Assembly: GCA_944381155.1 (NCBI GenBank)
Contig: CALWKA010000001.1
Coordinates: 2,529 to 66,528 of the forward strand
DNA from: an uncultured Clostridia bacterium
Lineage (GTDB): Bacteria > Bacillota > Clostridia > Christensenellales > UBA1242
Direction: 5' to 3'
Length of the DNA: 64,000 nucleotides
The notes under the pieces were generated by a model, which made no database searches, had not been told where the DNA came from, and was given only the letters and a program-made list of their open reading frames with translations. Shown here in pieces: positions 19,842-29,408 of this stretch. Position 1 is the stretch's first letter. Each line of letters opens with the position of its first letter. A program made the translations under genes and the position numbers.

Positions 19842-20966
19842 ATGATAAAAATTAATGGAATCAATTTAGATGAAAAAACAGCTAATTTATATGTGAAAAA
19901 TCTAGACAAAAATTGTGCAATTGTAGATGCCCATGGTTTTAATTCTTTTATTAATCATAAGATTGATGGAAAATCAATTATGGATAATTTAAAAATAATT
20001 CAAAGTCTATTAGAAATTGAAAAATTAAAAAATATAAAATTTGACAAATCTTATTCTGAACAAATCAATATAGTTAAAGAATTTTATAAAACTTATTTTC
20101 CTTCTATTTCAGAAACCATAGATTCTATTATCGACAATAAAAATCCTGATTATAATGTAGTCCTTCAATTGGGTAAATCAGTTCATAGTTCTGTGGGACA
20201 TTCAGGTTTTGCTACTAAATTAAATTTTGTAGTAGGTTTAGATGGTTCACTAGAAGGTATGATTACTCTTGTTCATGAATTATCTCATGCTATCAGCGCA
20301 CATCATACTGAAACAATAGCTCAAACAAAAGCAATTAATTCAAAAGATTTAAGTAATCAAGAAAAAAATGAATTAATAGCCAAATTTAATGAGTTTTGCA
20401 AACATAAATCTGACTTTGATATTGATTGTATAGGAGAAATTGAAAGTCATATTGTTGAAAATTTATTTGTACAATATTTGTTAGATAAAAAAATCATCTC
20501 ACAAGAAAACTATGACACATATTTTTTAAGCAGAAAAATTTCTCTTAATAATAATTTAAATTTAATTTTTGAAGAAAATGAAATTATATCTAATTTACCT
20601 TGTCCTATAACTTATGAAAGTGTTTTAAAATTTATTCAAAATAAACATAACGAACATTCATCTAATTTTAAAAATATTATAAATAGACTGAAAATTATGT
20701 CAGAAAGAGATGAAAAAAGTGGAAAGCACAGTAAATATATGTATAGATACGTAGTAGGAGAAATTGTATCATCAGTTTGGTTCGACAAATATTTGACAAA
20801 TCCTAAAAATAAAAAAGAAATGCTTGATAAATTTATTTCTTATTTATCAAATACTGACAAATTAAATATTAACTCAGCTTCTGAGTTTTTAATAAATGAA
20901 GATTTTATGAATTGTATTAATGATTACATAAATTTAAACGAACATAATAATGAAATTTCAATTTAA
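19842..20966 (+). CDS. Hypothetical protein with an HExxH motif (putative zinc metallopeptidase-like)
   Basis: 374 aa containing LVHELSHAISAHH. AGGAG RBS. Visibly lower GC than the flanking mnmG and rsmG. Confidence 0.4.
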   Translation: MIKINGINLDEKTANLYVKNLDKNCAIVDAHGFNSFINHKIDGKSIMDNLKIIQSLLEIEKLKNIKFDKSYSEQINIVKEFYKTYFPSISETIDSIIDNKNPDYNVVLQLGKSVHSSVGHSGFATKLNFVVGLDGSLEGMITLVHELSHAISAHHTETIAQTKAINSKDLSNQEKNELIAKFNEFCKHKSDFDIDCIGEIESHIVENLFVQYLLDKKIISQENYDTYFLSRKISLNNNLNLIFEENEIISNLPCPITYESVLKFIQNKHNEHSSNFKNIINRLKIMSERDEKSGKHSKYMYRYVVGEIVSSVWFDKYLTNPKNKKEMLDKFISYLSNTDKLNINSASEFLINEDFMNCINDYINLNEHNNEISI

Positions 20967-21028
20967 TATATAAAAAAATAAAAATTAATATTAAAAATTA
21001 ATAAAAATTATTGAAAAAAATAAAATTT

Positions 21029-21709
21029 ATGAAAAAAATTGAAAAATATTATAATTTAATTAATGAACATCTAAGTGAATTTGAAAAATATTATAATTCA
21101 CTAATTTCTTTCAACGAAAAAGTCAATTTGACTGCAATTACGGACAAAGAAGATGTTTTTATTAAACATTTTCTTGATAGTATTTTGTCTATTGATGAAA
21201 TAAAAGAAAATTCTAATGTCATTGATATCGGTGCAGGTGCAGGATTTCCTAGCCTACCAATTAAAATTGTTCGTCCTGATATAAAGCTAACAATGTTAGA
21301 TTCACTGAATAAGCGTATCAATTTTTTAAATCAAATTTGTAGTGAACTAAACATTACATCAACAAATATTCACGCACGAGCGGAAGATTATGTGAAAGTT
21401 TATAGAGAAACATACGATGTCGCGCTTGCTCGCGCGGTCGCTAGATTAAATAGTTTGCTTGAATATCTGTTACCTTATGTTAAAATCGGCGGAATAGTGT
21501 TGGCATATAAAGGTTCAAATTATCTAGAAGAATTAGACGAAGCAAAAAATGCGATTAACACTTTGGGCGGAAGATATGTAAAGACGATCAAATTCAATCT
21601 TCCAGAAAATAAAGGTGAGCGAAATATAATTGTAATTGAAAAAATTAGATCCACACCAAAATCTTTTCCGCGTGCAAAAAATTTAGCAAAATTAAATCCT
21701 ATTAAATAA
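21029..21709 (+). CDS. rsmG: 16S rRNA (guanine527-N7)-methyltransferase RsmG
   Basis: SAM-binding motif DIGAGAGFPSLPIKI. The start is uncertain: TTG 21011 in the track or ATG 21029. Confidence 0.9.
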   Translation: MKKIEKYYNLINEHLSEFEKYYNSLISFNEKVNLTAITDKEDVFIKHFLDSILSIDEIKENSNVIDIGAGAGFPSLPIKIVRPDIKLTMLDSLNKRINFLNQICSELNITSTNIHARAEDYVKVYRETYDVALARAVARLNSLLEYLLPYVKIGGIVLAYKGSNYLEELDEAKNAINTLGGRYVKTIKFNLPENKGERNIIVIEKIRSTPKSFPRAKNLAKLNPIK

Positions 21710-21979
21710 AAATATTTATTTTATTCGATTTTTAACTAAAAAATAACAATTTTTTATTATTTTATAGTATTTTTTATAATTTTTTAAATTTTTAATTTTT
21801 ATAAGATTGAAATTTTTATAATTTTTTTGTTATTAATTATTAAAAAATTACTATTCTATTATATTTAGTATTTTATTATTTATATATATTTATCTAATTA
21901 AATATTTAATTTTATTATTGATTTTTATTATATTTAATATTGAAAAAATGCCGAACGAAAATGTTCAGCATTTTTTATA

Positions 21980-22822
21980 TTACAAATCTGTTGGATCAAC
22001 TGAAATTTCTGGATTGTTTTTGATTTCTTCTAGTATGGCTTTACAATCTTTGTTTTGTTGTTCCTTTCGTGCGATTGAAACTCTCCATTCGGCAATTGCT
22101 AGATTGTTTTTTTCAATCATGGCTTCCAATAAGTTTCCGTTTCTTAATCTAACAATTACCATACCATCTGCTATAGCTTTCCAAAACTCATCTCTAATTC
22201 CAGGGAATATATCTTCCAAACGCTGTGCAGGTTTGGTCACGAACATATCAGGTGAGATCAACACTTCTTCATTTGATAGATCTTGTAATCTTTTCGTAGA
22301 TCTTTTCACCAATTTCTTTATTTCGGCATAATCGTATCCGATTTCTTTTAGATCAAATATAAATTCTTTGCTAGTTCCGTCCCTTTTGTTATTAACAAGA
22401 ATAGTCAAATATTTTCTGTTTGATACTGCGTTTGTGATTAGATTTTTGTCTGTATTTTTTTCTGCTTGAATACTAACTGATAAATTTGGGTCAATATTTT
22501 TTAGATAACTATTCAAATATTTTTCTAGCCTATCAAGATTTATCCAAAACAATCGTTGCCAATTTTCAATATTTTGATCCAAATATTCAACCATTTTAGC
22601 AATTTCATTTTCTCTCTTTTTAATTTCTTCATTTGCACTTTCAGAAAAATATGTTGCTTCCAAATCTTCAGCCTTATGAATATTATTTAGTGTCTGACTG
22701 ATATTAAAATACATTTTTTCTCTGGTAGTCAATCTCTCATATTCTGATTTTCTGATGTTTTCAATTTCAATTTTGAGATCTATCAAAATGTTTATAAGTT
22801 TTTTAAAGTCTTTAAATTCCAT
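21980..22822 (-). CDS. Hypothetical protein (coiled-coil N-terminal half); no family recognised
   Basis: 280 aa ORF with GGAG-like sequence upstream. A hairpin at about 21945-21975 lies downstream. Nearly pure A/T spacers flank it. Confidence 0.5.
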   Translation of the reverse strand: MEFKDFKKLINILIDLKIEIENIRKSEYERLTTREKMYFNISQTLNNIHKAEDLEATYFSESANEEIKKRENEIAKMVEYLDQNIENWQRLFWINLDRLEKYLNSYLKNIDPNLSVSIQAEKNTDKNLITNAVSNRKYLTILVNNKRDGTSKEFIFDLKEIGYDYAEIKKLVKRSTKRLQDLSNEEVLISPDMFVTKPAQRLEDIFPGIRDEFWKAIADGMVIVRLRNGNLLEAMIEKNNLAIAEWRVSIARKEQQNKDCKAILEEIKNNPEISVDPTDL

Positions 22823-23454
22823 ATTTGCTCCTAATGATGACTGAATTTTATCACACGATTGTCAGTTTGTCAATATGCTTTTTATGATAAGTTTAAAAAA
22901 TACAATTTATAAAAATAAAAAAATTGTCATAAATTTATAAAAAATATAAAATAAATGATCAATAATTCATAATTTTTAATATTTTTTTAATAATTAATAA
23001 ATTTTTATTTTAGTTATATAAAATATAAAACTATCAATCACTTATAAAGCCAATCAAAAAAATTTGTTTTACTTCTAAAAATTATTTTATTTTATAAATT
23101 TGTTTTCTATAAAATACTAGTCAATATATTATATCTAATATATATAATACTTATATATCTTTATCCTTATATATTAATATAATATTATATAAATCTATAT
23201 ATTATATATATTATAATTATATTGTATACTATTATCTTTTAACTTACATATATTTATCATTATGGACATTAAAAATTTTATTATATATATTCATAATTAT
23301 TAAGTTTGAATAATATTGAAAATAAAATTCTATAAATTATATTAAGACAATTAAAAAAAATTCTTTACTATGTAAAATAATTCTAGATTATTAATAAAAA
23401 AATAAAATTTATATTTTTTTATATGTAAAACGCTAACATTTGGTTAATTTTACA

Positions 23455-23483
23455 TTGACTTTAAAAATTTTTAATATTATAAT
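23455..23483 (+). promoter_or_regulatory. Promoter TTGACT-17-TATAAT placed 7 nt before the recF ATG; predicts a leaderless transcript
   Basis: TTGACT at 23455-23460, TATAAT at 23478-23483 and ATG at 23491, with no SD. Confidence 0.55.
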
Positions 23484-23490
23484 TGAAAAA

Positions 23491-24567
23491 ATGAAAATAA
23501 ATTCAATCAAACTTAATAATTATAGAAACTATAAAAATTCAACTATTGATTTCACTGATGGCGTAAATTTTATTGTAGGGAAAAATGCACAGGGCAAAAC
23601 TAATCTACTAGAGAGTATATATTTATCAAGTGTTGGGAAAAGTCCAAAGAATTGTAGGGAAAAGCAAATCATTATGTTCAATGAAAGTCAAGCCAGAATT
23701 GAATTAGATTTTTCCACACTTGCAGGCAAAAAAAATATAAAGATATATTTAGATAAGGCAAACAAAAAATCTATCAAGGTGAACAATCTCAATATTTTGA
23801 AATTGACTGAATTTGTTGGTATACTATCTATCGTATATTTTAGTCCAGACGAATTGAAGTTGATCAAAGAAGTTCCAGAAGATAGAAGAAATTTTTTAGA
23901 TATATCAATTTCTCAATTTGATAGGACATATTTATACAATCTTCTCAAGTATAACAAAATTTTGAAACAACGAAATTCAATATTAAAGAGCGACAATAGC
24001 GATCAAACGAAGATAGACGAATTGAAGTTGTTTACACCGCAGTTGATTGAATGTGCGGAAAAAATTATTGAAAAAAGGTTAAATTTTATTGAAAAGTTGA
24101 AAAAATACGCAATAAATCTGCATAAATTCATAACAGACAGCGAAATTTTGGATATTTCATATAGCTACGCAAAAGATGACAAGTTGACAATCAAAGAACA
24201 ATTATCTCAAGAATTTGAAAAAATAACGACTAAAGAAATTGAATTGGGTTATACCTGTATTGGTCCGCATCGCGATGACATCATTTTCAAAATCAATGAT
24301 AAAGATTGCAAATATTTTTCTTCACAAGGTCAACAGCGTACCGTGGCGTTGGTCGTGAAACTTTCGCTAATGGAAGTAATAAAACAAGAGATTGGTGAAT
24401 ATCCCATCTTATTGTTAGATGATGTGTTGAGCGAACTTGATCAAACTAGGCAGGACAAATTGATTGAATTGGTTAGCAAATATCAAACGCTAATTAGTTG
24501 TACAAAAATTCCAAACACAAATATAAAATACAACACAATAAAAATTGAAAACGGAACAAAAATTTAA
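23491..24567 (+). CDS. recF: DNA replication and repair protein RecF
   Basis: Walker A GKNAQGKTNLLE, signature SQGQQRT and Walker B LLLDDV. The preferred start is MKINSIKLNNYRNY; the track starts at TTG 23440. Confidence 0.9.
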   Translation: MKINSIKLNNYRNYKNSTIDFTDGVNFIVGKNAQGKTNLLESIYLSSVGKSPKNCREKQIIMFNESQARIELDFSTLAGKKNIKIYLDKANKKSIKVNNLNILKLTEFVGILSIVYFSPDELKLIKEVPEDRRNFLDISISQFDRTYLYNLLKYNKILKQRNSILKSDNSDQTKIDELKLFTPQLIECAEKIIEKRLNFIEKLKKYAINLHKFITDSEILDISYSYAKDDKLTIKEQLSQEFEKITTKEIELGYTCIGPHRDDIIFKINDKDCKYFSSQGQQRTVALVVKLSLMEVIKQEIGEYPILLLDDVLSELDQTRQDKLIELVSKYQTLISCTKIPNTNIKYNTIKIENGTKI

Positions 24568-24582
24568 TCTTCCGTTTTTTTA
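24547..24582 (+). terminator. Terminator overlapping the recF stop codon
   Basis: AAAACGGAA ... TTCCGTTTT followed by a T-run. Confidence 0.75.
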
Positions 24583-24795
24583 TTTCGTTTTGTGTTTTTT
24601 TGATTTCATTAATCAATAAAAGAATTAAACAAATAAAAACTATAAAAAATTTATTTGATCAGATTTTGCTTTTTGAATGATTTATTTTTATGATAACTAA
24701 AAAAATAAATACAAAATTTTTAATATGTAAATTTAAAATATTTTTAAAAACTATGAAAAAATTTATTAAAATTGCAAAAATTTAAGCAAATAATT

Positions 24796-24826
24796 AAAAA
24801 ATTCACTGATTTTACAGTGAATTTTA
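24796..24826 (-). terminator. Terminator downstream of dnaA (bidirectional hairpin)
   Basis: ATTCACTG-ATTTTA-CAGTGAAT, flanked by A-runs and T-runs on both sides. Confidence 0.7.
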
Positions 24827-24840
24827 AAAATTTTTATGTA

Positions 24841-26196
24841 TTAATATTTTAAAAGTTGAGATTTTATATCGTTTACTAGCGTTCTAATATGTGGATTGAT
24901 TTTCACTTGATTGCTGATTTTATCTCGCGCGTGCATTATGGTGGTATGATCCCTTCCGCCGAATATTGCACCGATCGCAGTGAGCGGGATGCTCAACATA
25001 TCGTTTATCAAATAGATACACAACTGTCTAGGTTCTACAATCTCTTTATTTTTTTTCTTTCCTATCAAATCTTCTTTTGACACTTTGAAGAAGTCACATA
25101 CTGTATTTAATATTTTTTCAGCATCTAGATTGGTCTTTTCTGTCTCTCCATAATCTTTAAGTGCTTCGTGCGCATCTTCCATACTCGCGTGCGACTTTCC
25201 TAACAAACTTGAATAAAATACAACTTTTGACAAAATTCCTTCCATCTCTCGAATGTTTGTACCTGTTTTTTGCGCTATGAAGTCAACCACATCTTCGTCT
25301 ACTAAATAACCTTCTTGACTACATTTCTTTTTGATAATTGCCACCTTAGTTTCATAATCTGGCTCTTGAATGTCTTGAATGAGTCCACTGCTGAATCTAC
25401 TGCGCAATCTCTCTTCTAGCGAACTCATTTCTTTTGGTGAACGATCGGACGCTATGATAATTTGTTTATTGTTTTGATACAGATCATTGAATGTATGGAA
25501 GAATTCTTCCTGAATTCCCATTTTATTGCTAATAAATTGAATATCATCAATCATCAGCACATCTACGCTACGATACTTATCTCTAAAATCGAGATTTGAT
25601 TTGTCCTTTCCACTACGAATTGAATCTACATAATCATTTGTAAACTTTTCACAAGTGACATATAATACATTCAAATCTGGCCTATGTTTGTTCAAATAAT
25701 TTCCTACAGCGTGGAGTAGGTGAGTTTTTCCTAATCCAACTCCACCGTATATGAACAGCGGATTAAACTTTTCACTAGGATGCTCGGCTACACTTTGCAT
25801 TGCTGCGCACACCACTTGATTTGATTTTCCTACCACAAAATTTTCAAATGTATACTTTTGATTGAATTTAGACTTGAAGTTGGACGAATCTTTTTCACTC
25901 ATCATTCGCTCTAACTCCTCATCCTGCTTGCGAATTGATTCTTCATACTCTTGAATGTCGGTTATTCGAACGAATGTATACGGCGTGAACTCTTGTCTAA
26001 CACATTTTGTGATTTTTTCATAAATCGCGGGCTGATTGACTTGATTTTTCGCCGTGACACTAGGTGCTTTTATAATTAATTCATCATTTGCGTATTGAAT
26101 TGGGGTTAAAGTATTGATCCATAAGTCGAATGTGACCGCCGTGACCTCGTTTTCCAACTTATTCAACACTTTTTTCCATTGATCAAGTAAAAACAT
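24841..26196 (-). CDS. dnaA: Chromosomal replication initiator protein DnaA
   Basis: 451 aa with AAA+ Walker A GGVGLGKTHLL and the domain IV motif GGRDHTTIMHA. AGGAG RBS upstream. Confidence 0.95.
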   Translation of the reverse strand: MFLLDQWKKVLNKLENEVTAVTFDLWINTLTPIQYANDELIIKAPSVTAKNQVNQPAIYEKITKCVRQEFTPYTFVRITDIQEYEESIRKQDEELERMMSEKDSSNFKSKFNQKYTFENFVVGKSNQVVCAAMQSVAEHPSEKFNPLFIYGGVGLGKTHLLHAVGNYLNKHRPDLNVLYVTCEKFTNDYVDSIRSGKDKSNLDFRDKYRSVDVLMIDDIQFISNKMGIQEEFFHTFNDLYQNNKQIIIASDRSPKEMSSLEERLRSRFSSGLIQDIQEPDYETKVAIIKKKCSQEGYLVDEDVVDFIAQKTGTNIREMEGILSKVVFYSSLLGKSHASMEDAHEALKDYGETEKTNLDAEKILNTVCDFFKVSKEDLIGKKKNKEIVEPRQLCIYLINDMLSIPLTAIGAIFGGRDHTTIMHARDKISNQVKINPHIRTLVNDIKSQLLKY

Positions 26197-26447
26197 ATTT
26201 CACTCCTACGATATTTATATTATATAATAAAATTAAGATTAAGTCAATTGGCAAAATGAAAATATATGTCTAAATAATTTTCTTTCGCAATAATTGGCAT
26301 TCGTCGTTTTGTTTTTTTGCTGGATAAAAAAATTTTGATAGGGTAAAATTTTTAAGTTTAGCGAATAAACATACGGCTTTAAATAAAAATACGAAGAATT
26401 CTAATAATTTTTTTTCTTATCTCATCAATTACTAAAAAATTTTTAAG

Positions 26448-26593
26448 TTTTCCACTGACAAAATATAGTTATCCACCTGGATTTGCACACAGTTAAGCAC
26501 AATCATTGTGGATAAAAATAGTGTGGAATTTGTCGAAATTTGGCACAAACACCACTAAATATTGAATAATTTCAAGTTGTCCACTTTTCCACA
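26448..26593. promoter_or_regulatory. DnaA-box cluster 1 (dnaA-dnaN divergent intergenic region)
   Basis: One perfect box, TGTGGATAA (26507-26515). One-mismatch boxes TTATCCACC (26469-26477) and TTTTCCACA (26585-26593). Two-mismatch boxes at 26448-26456 and 26577-26585. Confidence 0.75.
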
Positions 26594-26750
26594 TTCACTA
26601 ATAAAAAAATCACTATCAAAAAACAAAAAAAATTAATAAAAAAACTACACGCGTGCACACGCATATAATGCGCCTGAAATACTATTTTATAGTATTTTTC
26701 TTTGATTTAATTAACGAAAAAAATTTTTCGACAAAAGTGTAAAAATTTAT

Positions 26751-26779
26751 TTGACATATTGCGGATCGTTTGCTAATAT
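26751..26779 (+). promoter_or_regulatory. dnaN promoter (TTGACA-17-TAATAT, with a TG extension)
   Basis: TTGACA at 26751-26756 and TGCTAATAT at 26771-26779. The leader is about 130 nt. Confidence 0.6.
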
Positions 26780-26909
26780 AGTGCTGTATCATTAAGGCAA
26801 AAAGGTCAAATTGCTTTGATGATTTGTCAAAAAATCTATATTTTGGGCAAGATAAGATTTTTTGAATTAAACGCGTTTTAAGGGGAGTATAGGAGGAAAA
26901 AGAGTAGAT

Positions 26910-28007
26910 ATGAAATTCAGATGTGACGGATTGGAGTTAAGCGAGGCAATTAGTACAGTATCAAAAGCTATCAGCTCAAAGACCACTTCTCAAATTCTTG
27001 AAGGAATTAAGATGGTGTGCGAGGATGACCTACTTGTTCTTACTGCAACTGACCTTGAAATGAGTGTTGAAAAAAAAATTCGAGCAGAAGTGGATTCACG
27101 CGGAGAGACGGTTGTGCCGGGTAGACTCTTCGGCGAATACATAAAAAAACTTACAAATGAACAGATTGAATGCGAATTGAATGAGAAAAATCAGTTGAAA
27201 ATTTCGTATACAGACAGCGAAGGATGCCTTCAATGTATGGATATTAGTGAATTTCCTGCAATTAAGGAAGTGAACAAGGATAATTTCTTTGAAATTACGA
27301 AAGAAAATTTCAAGTCTTTGATAAACAATGTGTTCTATGCGGTGGCGCAGGACGATAGTAGACCTATTTTGAAGGGTATTTTGATGGAAACCAATCAAAA
27401 TAATATTCGTGCTGTGGCTGTGGACGGATGTAGGCTCAGTATTTCAAACAAAAGTTTGGTTATGTCCACTAATGATTTCAAAATAATTGTGCCAGGCAGG
27501 AATTTGAACGAGATTGTAAAGATGATGAATGGGGAAGACAATGTCAAAGTTTATATCCATTCAAACAATATTATGGTGGATCTTGGGGATACGATTGTGA
27601 TCAATCGCTTGATTGATGGTCAATTTATTAATTATCGCCAGATTGTGCCAAAAGATTTTTCTACAATCGTCACAATAAATAAAGAGCAGTTGGAAGACGC
27701 CATTGATAGAGCGAGTGTGCTTTCGCGTATTGATAAAAATAATTTGGTTAAATTCGACATCAAAGAAAAGAATTTGATGCTTACTTCAAATAGCGAATTG
27801 GGCAACACGCGTGAAAATATTACGGTGGGAGTGAAGGGCAACGATCTCAATATTTCGTTCAATTCAAAATATTTTAGTGATTGTTTGCGTGTGATTGACA
27901 ATCCGTATGTGAAGATGAATTTTAATAGTCAGATTCAACCGTGCGTCATCACTCCGTCCGAAGGAGACGATTTCTTGTTCTTAATTTTGCCTGTAAAAGC
28001 AAGATAA
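26910..28007 (+). CDS. dnaN: DNA polymerase III beta sliding clamp
   Basis: 365 aa starting MKFRCDGLELSEAISTVSKAISSKTT. GGAGG RBS upstream. Confidence 0.95.
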   Translation: MKFRCDGLELSEAISTVSKAISSKTTSQILEGIKMVCEDDLLVLTATDLEMSVEKKIRAEVDSRGETVVPGRLFGEYIKKLTNEQIECELNEKNQLKISYTDSEGCLQCMDISEFPAIKEVNKDNFFEITKENFKSLINNVFYAVAQDDSRPILKGILMETNQNNIRAVAVDGCRLSISNKSLVMSTNDFKIIVPGRNLNEIVKMMNGEDNVKVYIHSNNIMVDLGDTIVINRLIDGQFINYRQIVPKDFSTIVTINKEQLEDAIDRASVLSRIDKNNLVKFDIKEKNLMLTSNSELGNTRENITVGVKGNDLNISFNSKYFSDCLRVIDNPYVKMNFNSQIQPCVITPSEGDDFLFLILPVKAR

Positions 28008-28103
28008 GATAGCGGTTTATCAAATCGTTTATATTTATATAAAATAATACATACTAATATTTTAGTAATAATTTAGAAAAAAATTGTACGAAAAATCTAC
28101 GAT

Positions 28104-28194
28104 TTATCCACAATCAAGTTTTTCGAACATATGTTTAATTTATATTATATATAAATTAAAAGTTATCCACATTTTAATTTTTCATTGTGGATAA
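28104..28194. promoter_or_regulatory. DnaA-box cluster 2 (downstream of dnaN), followed by an A/T-only stretch
   Basis: Three perfect boxes: TTATCCACA (28104-28112), TTATCCACA (28163-28171) and TGTGGATAA (28186-28194). A T-rich tract at 28195-28262 follows. Confidence 0.8.
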
Positions 28195-28438
28195 CTTTTT
28201 TTTTGTTTTTTTATTGATTATTTTTTTCAATTAGATTATAATATCATTGTCCGCTTATATTAATTCAATTTTTCTTTGTTTCAAATCGACTCTATTATAC
28301 TTTTGTATAACATTCTAATGAACTTGTTTTCTAATAAAAATTTTATTTCTTTTGTTACCTTTCAATTTTATTAAGAAATTAATTAAACTTAAACTATCAA
28401 AACAAAAATTAATATAAGGACATATATTATGAGATTAT

Positions 28439-28526
28439 GAAGAGTTGTCAGAGTGGTCGAATGTGTCGCTCTCGAAAAGCGATGAGGTGAAAGCCTCCGG
28501 CGGTTCGAATCCGCCACTCTTCGCCA
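28439..28526 (+). tRNA. tRNA-Ser (anticodon CGA)
   Basis: Acceptor GAAGAGT/ACTCTTC, anticodon loop CTCGAAA, long variable arm, T-arm GGTTCGAATCC, encoded CCA. Confidence 0.9.
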
Positions 28527-28595
28527 GCGAATTTTTATCTAGCAACATGTTATCACACATTATAAAATATTGAAAATATTAAAGCAAGGATAAAT

Positions 28596-29402
28596 ATGAT
28601 TAATATATCGTTTAAAACTGATGATGATTTAATGGCTAGAGTAATAATATCAAAAAATTATATGCCAACAAATTTTATAAATTATTTATATTATAAATAT
28701 CGTAAGTCATATTTAATATTGAAAAGAGATATTACATCAAAAGATATAGATGATAATATTATTTATGAATTAAAACAACAGGAGTTTTTCAAAAATTTTA
28801 GTGCAGAAGCTTCTGAAAATTTGAAAAGAATTAAAAATAATTGGGAAACTGATAAACAAAAAATAAATGATTTCGTAGATAAAATTTTCAAGAAAAACTT
28901 TGTATTAAATTTAACTTCATTCATTGTTTCTCCATCATTAAACACTGGAAGAAATATTGAAAACAATCAATTTATATGGGGACATATAAAAGGAATGCAA
29001 GATAAAAATTATGATTTAATTTATTTAGTTCATGAATCGTTACATTCATATTTTAAAAAAACAGATTTAACTTATGCTGTCATAGAAAATATAACAGATA
29101 TAGAGCTAAAAAAATATTTAAGAAATATTGAATATACTTTTGATGATTGCCACGAATATATTAAAATGTTACATATGAAAATACAACCTTTTTGGAATAT
29201 TTATATGAACAAACAAAAAAAAGAAATAAAAAAAATAAATAGACTTAATCATTTATCTTATAATTTAAAAAGTTTTGAAAAATATAAAACACAAATAAAA
29301 AATATGAATATAGATGAGTTTGTTGAATTTATGGAAAATTTAAATTTAGAAAATTTGATTTTTGTTAAGCAATTATACTCATTAAATATAAAACAGGGAT
29401 GA
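28596..29402 (+). CDS. Hypothetical protein with an HExxH motif (LVHESLHSY)
   Basis: 268 aa, very low GC by eye. No family recognised. Confidence 0.4.
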   Translation: MINISFKTDDDLMARVIISKNYMPTNFINYLYYKYRKSYLILKRDITSKDIDDNIIYELKQQEFFKNFSAEASENLKRIKNNWETDKQKINDFVDKIFKKNFVLNLTSFIVSPSLNTGRNIENNQFIWGHIKGMQDKNYDLIYLVHESLHSYFKKTDLTYAVIENITDIELKKYLRNIEYTFDDCHEYIKMLHMKIQPFWNIYMNKQKKEIKKINRLNHLSYNLKSFEKYKTQIKNMNIDEFVEFMENLNLENLIFVKQLYSLNIKQG

Positions 29403-29408
29403 TTCATT

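Noticed and set aside
21918-22331. 137-aa plus-strand ORF, and similar long antisense ORFs (7056-7520, 12870-13220, 30249-30758, 40844-41248, 48594-48959)
   Set aside because: Each lies entirely within a better-supported gene on the opposite strand, lacks an RBS and encodes a low-complexity or Ser/Phe/Ile-rich product.
22900-23440. TA-only tract considered as the replication-origin unwinding element
   Set aside because: There are no DnaA boxes within or beside it. The perfect boxes cluster 3-5 kb away, around dnaN.
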